Below are positions 57,861 to 64,000 of a stretch of 64,000 nt of DNA, one piece after another. The notes under the pieces were generated by a model, which was not told the origin of the DNA, searched no databases, and saw only the letters and a program-made list of their open reading frames with translations. The position numbers and the translations under genes were made by a program. Numbering within the stretch: position 1 is the stretch's first letter; every line of letters starts with the position of its first letter. Source of the DNA: Patescibacteria group bacterium (lineage in GTDB: Bacteria; Patescibacteriota; Gracilibacteria; UBA1369; PNNO01). Location of the stretch: NCBI GenBank assembly GCA_042568575.1, contig JBHPIO010000002.1:32001-96000 (forward strand), in the 5' to 3' direction.

Positions 57861-59177
57861 ATGAAAACTTTATTCAAAAACGCGCAAGTAGTAACCAAAG
57901 AAGGGATTTCTGTAAAGGACGTTTTAGTTCACGATCGTGTAATTGAAAAAATTGCAGACTCTATAGATGCAAAGGCAGACAAAGAATATGATTTGACTGG
58001 CAAGTATTTAATGCCAGGAGCGATAGATGCTCACGTTCATTTTCGCGTTCCAGGATATGAAAAGAAGGAAGATTGGAAAACAGGTTCTCGTGCGGCTTTG
58101 GCAGGTGGAGTCACAACAGTTTTTGACATGCCTAACACAAAGCCACATACAACCGATTTGCACGCGCTTGAAACGAAACGCGATTTGATTCGAAAAGATA
58201 CATTGATAAATTTCGGTCTGTTTTTTGGGGCGAATCTGGACAACCTTGATGAGTTAAATAAGATTAAGGGTGTGGTTGGATTGAAGGTTTATATGGGAGC
58301 GACAACAGGTCAGATAATTCAGGAAGAAGATGCTCGAATTGAAGCGCTTTTGGAAAAGTTATACTCGGATCATCAGTATGTGGTGGCGGTGCATGCGGAA
58401 AATCAAACGATGATTAAAAAGCACACGGAAACTTATAAAGATGAGCATGACCCGAAAGTACATTCATTAATAAGGAACGATGCAGTGGCTTATGCTGCGG
58501 CTCGCACAGCAGTTCATTTAGCAAAAAAATATAATGGTCGGTTGCACATTTGTCACATGAGTACGAAAAAAGAGCTTGAGTTGATAGCAAAATATCCAGA
58601 TGAAAATATTACCTGTGAAGCGACTCCTCACCATTTGTTTTTAACAGTTGCGGATTATGCGGATCAGGAAAATTTCGTAAAAGTAAATCCACCTTTACGA
58701 TCTAGTAAAGATCAGGAGCGTTTGTGGGATGGAATTAAAGGAAAGCAGATTGATATAGTTGCGACAGATCACGCACCTCATTTGAGGGAAGAAAAAGCGC
58801 AAGATTATTGGGATGCACCTTCGGGAGTTCCTGGAGTGGAGACAATGCTTCCTTTGTTATTGAACGCTGTGAATGAAGACATGCTGGAGCTTCCTGATGT
58901 TGTTGATTTGGTTTGTACAAGGCCTGCAGAGATTTATGGAGTTAAAGGAAAAGGTGAAGTTCGCGAGGGGTACGATGCGGATTTGGTTGTTGTTGATTTG
59001 GCTCTCGAACGTCGAGTTGAAGATTCTGCTTTGTATACCAAATGCGGGTGGTCGCCATTTTCAGGACGAATTTTGAAAGGATGGCCAGTTATGACGTTTG
59101 TAAGAGGGCGTCTTGGAATGGAGAACGGGAAGATTGTTGAGAGTGATGGATTGCATGGGAAAGAGGTTGAGGTTTGA
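57861..59177 (+). CDS. pyrC: dihydroorotase (type I)
   Basis: DAHVHFR, DMPNT, EATPHHL, KVNPPLR and ATDHAPH. Confidence 0.95.
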   Translation: MKTLFKNAQVVTKEGISVKDVLVHDRVIEKIADSIDAKADKEYDLTGKYLMPGAIDAHVHFRVPGYEKKEDWKTGSRAALAGGVTTVFDMPNTKPHTTDLHALETKRDLIRKDTLINFGLFFGANLDNLDELNKIKGVVGLKVYMGATTGQIIQEEDARIEALLEKLYSDHQYVVAVHAENQTMIKKHTETYKDEHDPKVHSLIRNDAVAYAAARTAVHLAKKYNGRLHICHMSTKKELELIAKYPDENITCEATPHHLFLTVADYADQENFVKVNPPLRSSKDQERLWDGIKGKQIDIVATDHAPHLREEKAQDYWDAPSGVPGVETMLPLLLNAVNEDMLELPDVVDLVCTRPAEIYGVKGKGEVREGYDADLVVVDLALERRVEDSALYTKCGWSPFSGRILKGWPVMTFVRGRLGMENGKIVESDGLHGKEVEV

Positions 59178-59256
59178 TGCGATAATCGCCTCAAAAACGG
59201 CTTCGCTCGCTTATGCTCGCTGCAGGGTGTTTTGGGGGATAAATTTTTTATAAAGT

Positions 59257-59285
59257 TTTTAGATTCCTCCCGGGAGGAGCTTGAC
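59257..59285 (+). repeat. 29-bp direct repeat, copy 1 (palindrome abutting a -35 box)
   Basis: TTTTAGATTCCTCCCGGGAGGAGCTTGAC; 28/29 identical to 63753-63781. Confidence 0.8.
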
Positions 59286-59412
59286 ATATCCACGCTTTCC
59301 GTGTTTTAATTCGCGCAGTTATGGCTTTTGCATTGCAGCCTTTTTTTGATGAAGCGCTAACGTGCCGGCCTTTGACAATTAGGGCTGGCGTAAAAGAAAG
59401 GGAGGTGATGAG

Positions 59413-59481
59413 ATGGTGGATAGCGACTTCTTTATTGGATTTTTTTTCATTCTCGCAGGACTCATGTTGGCGTTCTGCTAA
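59413..59481 (+). CDS. microprotein 1 (22 aa, 1 TM)
   Basis: GGAGGT SD; MVDSDFFIGFFFILAGLMLAFC. Confidence 0.5.
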   Translation: MVDSDFFIGFFFILAGLMLAFC

Positions 59482-59494
59482 GGAGGAAAGTGCG

Positions 59495-59605
59495 ATGGCA
59501 CATTGTAATCAACCGCAAGGAAAAAACGACGACATGGTCGGATGGATCTGCGTTGCCTTGGCAGGCATTTTGCTTGTTGGGTGCGTAGTGTCGTTACTCA
59601 GCTGA
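59495..59605 (+). CDS. microprotein 2 (36 aa, 1 TM)
   Basis: AGGAGG SD; MAHCNQPQGKNDDMVGWICVALAGILLVGCVVSLLS. Confidence 0.6.
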   Translation: MAHCNQPQGKNDDMVGWICVALAGILLVGCVVSLLS

Positions 59606-59618
59606 GGAGGAAAGCTTG

Positions 59619-59807
59619 ATGGCGAAGAAACCCGAGTTCAAGAGAACCTACATCATCGGGCCCGACGGGAAACCGAAGGAGCTCGTTCACCATCCGGGAG
59701 AAAAGGAGAGTCCAGAATTCGTTAAGGCTATTTTTGTTGTCGTTGCTATTTTTGCTTTGATGGCGGCACTTTTCTACCTGCTGGTTGAATTGGGAGTACG
59801 GATATGA
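59619..59807 (+). CDS. microprotein 3 (62 aa, 1 TM)
   Basis: AGGAGG SD; MAKKPEFKRTYIIGPDGKP...AIFVVVAIFALMAALFYLL. Confidence 0.65.
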   Translation: MAKKPEFKRTYIIGPDGKPKELVHHPGEKESPEFVKAIFVVVAIFALMAALFYLLVELGVRI

Positions 59808-59965
59808 TTCACGAAAAACAACTGTACCCACCACCTGACGAGGATGACAGTTGGCAAGAAATTCCACCGGGAGACATCAGCGTCAAATTCGGTGGAGGGC
59901 TCATCATCGCTGGATTCATCCTGATTCTGGCGAGCCTTGTAGGAGCGATGACATGCGTGAACTGA
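59804..59965 (+). CDS. microprotein 4 (53 aa, 1 TM)
   Basis: GGGAG SD with ATGA overlap; MIHEKQLYPPPDEDDSWQEIPPGDISVKFGGGLIIAGFILILASLVGAMTCVN. Confidence 0.6.
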   Translation: MIHEKQLYPPPDEDDSWQEIPPGDISVKFGGGLIIAGFILILASLVGAMTCVN

Positions 59966-60096
59966 TTGAGAAACTGGGCGACAAAGCCGGTGGCATTGTA
60001 GGATTGATTGCTATCCTGATCATGATCTCCATCGTTTTCGGGGTTTTAAACTGGATTGGCTGGTATTCCGGCTATGCTCTGGAGGGCTGCAGATGA
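59953..60096 (+). CDS. microprotein 5 (47 aa, 1 TM)
   Basis: AGGAG SD; MRELIEKLGDKAGGIVGLIAILIMISIVFGVLNWIGWYSGYALEGCR. Confidence 0.6.
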   Translation: MRELIEKLGDKAGGIVGLIAILIMISIVFGVLNWIGWYSGYALEGCR

Positions 60097-60242
60097 CACA
60101 AGAACAACAAACCGAACACACCGAAGAAAATCGTTGTACTCTCTCTGAGTATGCGAAGATAGCGGATATCATCATATTCGGTGCTGTGGTCGTGATAGGA
60201 TCTCTTTACGGGGTCATCTATCTCATTTGCAAATACAGTTAG
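60093..60242 (+). CDS. microprotein 6 (49 aa, 1 TM)
   Basis: GGAGG SD with ATGA overlap; MTQEQQTEHTEENRCTLSEYAKIADIIIFGAVVVIGSLYGVIYLICKYS. Confidence 0.6.
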   Translation: MTQEQQTEHTEENRCTLSEYAKIADIIIFGAVVVIGSLYGVIYLICKYS

Positions 60243-60250
60243 GAGGTTCC

Positions 60251-60391
60251 ATGTACTTCAAGAATATGTTTGCACGTACTCAAGTACTGCTATGGCTCAC
60301 CTTCAACCTTTCCATCTTTCTTCAGGGCTTCCCACCAACTTTACCGCCAGCCCTCCTACCTAATACATTTTTCCCTTTAGCTCACTTCTAA
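60251..60391 (+). CDS. microprotein 7 (46 aa, hydrophobic and Pro-rich)
   Basis: AGGAGGT SD; MYFKNMFARTQVLLWLTFNLSIFLQGFPP...; the tail may be degenerate. Confidence 0.4.
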   Translation: MYFKNMFARTQVLLWLTFNLSIFLQGFPPTLPPALLPNTFFPLAHF

Positions 60392-60438
60392 TTTATGCTT
60401 AAATGGTAGCGACCAATTTTAGTATAATAAGAAATCTA

Positions 60439-61359
60439 GTGGCTAACCTTTCAGTAAAATTTTGTGGAGTGGAATTTGCAAACCCAACGGTTCTGGCGTC
60501 GGGTGTTGTTGGCGTAACCGCGGCATCTTGGAGAAGTGTTGTCCAAAATGGTGCAGGTGCTCCCACAACAAAATCGGTTCGTCTTCACGAACATAAAGGT
60601 CATCCGAATCCAACTATTATCACAACAGAACATTGGATGATGAACGCTGTTGGTCTTCCTGATGCGGGATTGGAAAAGGCGAAAGAGGAAATCAACGAAT
60701 ATGTGAAAGACAAAAAAGCTCCATTGATTGTGAGCATCGCAGGTGGAAAAGCTGACGATTATGTTGCGATTGCAGAGGAAATGGCAAAACTTCCTATTGA
60801 TATTTTAGAGGTGAATATTTCATGTCCGAATGTTGAAGGAGAGTACGGTCGTCCTTTTGCATGTGTTGCGCCTGATGCAAAAAACGTTATATCGATGGTT
60901 AAAAAAGTGGCAGGCGACAAGCCGGTTGTAGCAAAGCTTTCTCCAAACGTTACCGACATTAAAGAAATAGCGAACGCTTGTGCCGAAGGTGGTGCAGACG
61001 GTTTTTGTGCAATAAACACTCTTGGTCCCGGACTTGCAATCAATCTTGAAACAAGAATGCCAATACTTGCAAATAAAGTCGGCGGAATTTCCGGGCCAGC
61101 TATAAAACCACTTGCCGTAAAGCTTGTTCATGACATCCACACAACAACAGGTCTGCCCATAATCGGAACAGGCGGAATCACAACAGGAGAAGATGCTCTA
61201 GAAATTATGATGGCCGGAGCAACATTGGTCGGAATTGGCTCGGCTGTTTATTACAGAGGAATAGATGTGTTTAGAAAAGTGGCGAACGAGATGAATGAGT
61301 GGTGCGATAAAGAAGGTGTTAAAGATTTATCTGAAATTATTGGAACCGTAAAAATGTAA
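60439..61359 (+). CDS. pyrD: dihydroorotate dehydrogenase type 1B, catalytic subunit
   Basis: NAVGL, EVNISCPNV, KLSPN, INT, GGISG and IIGTGGI; GTG start just after TATAAT at 60423. Confidence 0.95.
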   Translation: MANLSVKFCGVEFANPTVLASGVVGVTAASWRSVVQNGAGAPTTKSVRLHEHKGHPNPTIITTEHWMMNAVGLPDAGLEKAKEEINEYVKDKKAPLIVSIAGGKADDYVAIAEEMAKLPIDILEVNISCPNVEGEYGRPFACVAPDAKNVISMVKKVAGDKPVVAKLSPNVTDIKEIANACAEGGADGFCAINTLGPGLAINLETRMPILANKVGGISGPAIKPLAVKLVHDIHTTTGLPIIGTGGITTGEDALEIMMAGATLVGIGSAVYYRGIDVFRKVANEMNEWCDKEGVKDLSEIIGTVKM

Positions 61360-61362
61360 CTT

Positions 61363-62232
61363 ATGCAGAACAAAACTGAACTCCCAAAAGTTGTTAAAAT
61401 AACGAAGATTGTTGATGAAAATCCAGTTGTAAAAACCTTCTATTTTGATATTTCTATCGAGTCACGGCCTGGGCAATTTGTTATGCTTTGGCTTCCTGGT
61501 GTTGATGAGAAGCCTATCTCTATTGCGCTTGATGATGGGAAGCAACTTGCTCTCACACTTTGCTCTCGTGGAAAAACAACTCAGCAAATTGCAAAGATGA
61601 AAGTAGGCGATAGACTTGGAATAAGAGGCCCTTACGGAACGGTATTTAATTTTCAGGAAGGAGAACATTTAGCGCTTGTTGGGGGCGGATACGGCGCTGC
61701 TCCTTTGTATTTCGTGGCGCATGAAGCATTGAAAAAGAATTGCACAATCGAATTTATTGAAGGCGCAAGAAGCGAGGAACATCTGGTGTATGTTGATCGT
61801 TTAAAAGAGCTTAAAAATACAACTCTCCATATTGCGACTGATGATGGATCGGTTGGATTTAAAGGATACAACACTGAACTTCTCAAAAAAGTTATCGAAG
61901 AAAATAAGATAGACCGAATAATGACATGTGGACCAGAATTAATGATGCAAAAGGTAGGTGAAATCGGGGATTCAAATAACATCAACACTCAAATTTCCGT
62001 TGAGAGATACATGAAATGCGGATTTGGAGTATGCGGGCAGTGCGTGCTTGATCCACTCGGAATCAGGTCATGCGTGTCAGGCCCTGTAATGAACAGTAAA
62101 GTTTTAAAAATGCTCGATGAATTCGGAAAATATCATCGTGACGACTTAGGACGAAAACAACACTTTCTTAACCCAAAAAAAGATGCTTGCGAGCCAGGTT
62201 GCGGAAATTCTGCTCAAAGTGAATGCAGTTAA
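61363..62232 (+). CDS. pyrK: dihydroorotate dehydrogenase electron transfer subunit
   Basis: PGQFVM, RGPYG, GGGYG, TDDGS, CGPELMM and MKCGFGVCGQC. Confidence 0.94.
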   Translation: MQNKTELPKVVKITKIVDENPVVKTFYFDISIESRPGQFVMLWLPGVDEKPISIALDDGKQLALTLCSRGKTTQQIAKMKVGDRLGIRGPYGTVFNFQEGEHLALVGGGYGAAPLYFVAHEALKKNCTIEFIEGARSEEHLVYVDRLKELKNTTLHIATDDGSVGFKGYNTELLKKVIEENKIDRIMTCGPELMMQKVGEIGDSNNINTQISVERYMKCGFGVCGQCVLDPLGIRSCVSGPVMNSKVLKMLDEFGKYHRDDLGRKQHFLNPKKDACEPGCGNSAQSECS

Positions 62233-62821
62233 ACTTAACGTAAAAGAGCCTTTTACATATACGTCAGGATTAAAAGGCCCAATTTATACAGACAATCGAC
62301 TTCTAATTTCTTACCCGGAGTACCGTGATGTTATCGTTGATGGTTTCATCGATATGATGGAAGAAAGAGGACTTAAACCAGAATATTTGGTAGGGCCGGC
62401 AACCGGTGGAATTCCATGGGCTGCAATAATGGCGGATCGTTTGAAATTACCAATGATTTATGTGCGTTCAAAGCCAAAAGGTCATGGGGCAGGAAAGCAG
62501 ATTGAAGGATATCTCCCTGAGGGAAAATCAGCATTAATCACTGAAGATTTAATCACAACAGGAGGAAGCGCTTTGCGATCAGTTGAGGCAACTCGAAAGG
62601 AAGGCAAGGCAATCGTTCACGACGTATTTGCAATCTTTACATACGGAACTCAAAAAGCAGAGGACGCATTCAGAGAAGCATCATGCGCGCTATCAACACT
62701 TACAGATGTAAACGTTTTACTCGATGTAGCAGTTGAACGTGGCGATGTATCGGAAGAAGAAGCGCAGGAAGTTCGAAATTACTTTAAAGCTCCAACGGAA
62801 TGGGGACCTAACAAAAAATAA
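62183..62821 (+). CDS. pyrE: orotate phosphoribosyltransferase
   Basis: FTYTSG..GPIYTDNR, YVRSKPKGHG and EDLITTGGS. Confidence 0.95.
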   Translation: MLASQVAEILLKVNAVKLNVKEPFTYTSGLKGPIYTDNRLLISYPEYRDVIVDGFIDMMEERGLKPEYLVGPATGGIPWAAIMADRLKLPMIYVRSKPKGHGAGKQIEGYLPEGKSALITEDLITTGGSALRSVEATRKEGKAIVHDVFAIFTYGTQKAEDAFREASCALSTLTDVNVLLDVAVERGDVSEEEAQEVRNYFKAPTEWGPNKK

Positions 62822-62822
62822 T

Positions 62823-63758
62823 ATGAAAAACTTTGCAGATAGATTAATAGAACAAATTCAGGCTAAAAAAAGCGCAGTTTGCGTTGGCCTCGATCCACGT
62901 CTTTCAAAAATCCCTTCTTTTATTCAAGAAGCGGCACTTAAAGAGAATCCAAAGAATAAATTGAAGGCGGCAGCAGAGGCAATTATCGAGTTTAACAAAG
63001 GAATAATCGATGCAGTTCATGATTTGGTTCCATGTGTAAAACCGCAAGTAGCATTTTATGAGCTCTTCGGCGAAGAGGGGATGCGCGCGTATCGTGAGAC
63101 AATCGCATACGCAAAAGCAAAAGGTCTTCTTGTGATTGCAGATGTTAAACGAAACGATATTGGAAGCACTGCCGAGGCTTACGCTCAAGCGTTTTTAGGA
63201 GAGACAGATGTGTTTGGCGAATCGATGTCGGTTTTTGATGCGGACGCGGTTACAATAACCCCATATCTTGGGTGGGACGGAATTAAACCGTTTCTTGAAG
63301 CCTGCAGGAAAGATGGAAAAGGTGTATTCATTTTGGTGAAGACTTCAAATCCTTCATCTGCAGATTTACAGGATTTACAAATGGAAGACAAAAATAGTGT
63401 ATACGAGATAATTGGGAATTTTGTTGAATCTTGGGGATCGGACGAAATAGGAGAAAAAGGGTACTCTTCGGTTGGCGCAGTAGTTGGCGCAACTTATCCG
63501 GACCAAGCAGGAAAATTAAGAAAAATAATGCCAACTTCAATCTTCCTGGTTCCGGGATACGGAGCACAAGGAGGCGGCGCAGAAGACGTTAAGCCTTGCT
63601 TCAACGAGGATGGTCTAGGCGCAGTCGTGAATTCATCACGCGGAATCATCTTCGCATACGAAAAATCAGACGAGTACGACGAAGGTGATTACGGAAAAGC
63701 CGCACGAGCTGCGGTTGTAGAGATGAATGAGGATTTGGGGGCAGTTGTGAAATTTTAG
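62823..63758 (+). CDS. pyrF: orotidine-5'-phosphate decarboxylase (type 2)
   Basis: CVGLDP, KPQVAFYE, DVKRNDIGST, KTSNPSS and LVPGYGAQGG; ATG at 62823. Confidence 0.95.
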   Translation: MKNFADRLIEQIQAKKSAVCVGLDPRLSKIPSFIQEAALKENPKNKLKAAAEAIIEFNKGIIDAVHDLVPCVKPQVAFYELFGEEGMRAYRETIAYAKAKGLLVIADVKRNDIGSTAEAYAQAFLGETDVFGESMSVFDADAVTITPYLGWDGIKPFLEACRKDGKGVFILVKTSNPSSADLQDLQMEDKNSVYEIIGNFVESWGSDEIGEKGYSSVGAVVGATYPDQAGKLRKIMPTSIFLVPGYGAQGGGAEDVKPCFNEDGLGAVVNSSRGIIFAYEKSDEYDEGDYGKAARAAVVEMNEDLGAVVKF

Positions 63759-63781
63759 ATTCCTCCTGGGAGGAGCTTGAC
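63753..63781 (+). repeat. 29-bp direct repeat, copy 2
   Basis: TTTTAGATTCCTCCTGGGAGGAGCTTGAC, overlapping the pyrF stop codon. Confidence 0.8.
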
Positions 63782-63833
63782 GACAAGCATTTTTGTGCTA
63801 CTATTTTGCCTAGTCAATATTAATAATTCAAAC

Positions 63834-63998
63834 ATGTCAGGTTTAGACCAGGAAAGGGTTCAAGCGTACACTGAAGAGCTTTGTCATTATAGTTTAATGG
63901 AATTACAAGCAGCTATTGAAGGACAAAGTCCTGCTTTGGATATTACAGAACCGGAATTACGAGAAGCGGTTTTAAGAGCGCTAGAGATGAAGGATTAA
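63834..63998 (+). CDS. small acidic hypothetical protein (54 aa)
   Basis: MSGLDQERVQ...; TTGACG-16-TACTAT upstream. Confidence 0.5.
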   Translation: MSGLDQERVQAYTEELCHYSLMELQAAIEGQSPALDITEPELREAVLRALEMKD

Positions 63999-64000
63999 TC

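Noticed and set aside
1-64000. Alternative genetic code (UGA=Gly as in Gracilibacteria/SR1)
   Set aside because: Long conserved genes translate intact under code 11, and pyrC ends at TGA at the expected length.

Overview
AT-rich bacterial chromosome segment. The reduced gene set, split transketolase, A/V-type ATPase, many acidic orphan ORFs and mostly SD-less starts suggest a CPR/Patescibacteria lineage such as Peregrinibacteria (inference only). Housekeeping blocks: ndk plus folate genes (class IV aminotransferase, folP, PTPS, folK), pentose-phosphate genes (split tkt, prs, rpiB, rpe), uvrB, a GGDEF protein, DUF2207-LemA, a hybrid histidine kinase, a complete A/V-type ATPase operon, a DnaQ-DinG fusion and de novo pyrimidine genes (carA, pyrB, C, D, K, E, F). 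The main discovery is at about 32.0-39.5 kb: an integron-like array of 11 single-gene cassettes separated by 11 branched, ssDNA-hairpin attC-like sites (101-148 bp), ending in an attI-like core next to a divergent 273-aa tyrosine recombinase that lacks the IntI-specific insertion. Each cassette is bounded by its own 16-25 bp inverted repeat, and most sites carry a conserved (TGn)TAnAAT box. Other candidates: a promoter- and terminator-bounded structured ncRNA of about 430 nt (53.7-54.1 kb) and an operon of seven SD-led hydrophobic microproteins inside the pyr cluster (59.4-60.4 kb). All family assignments come from motif recognition by eye; no searches were run.
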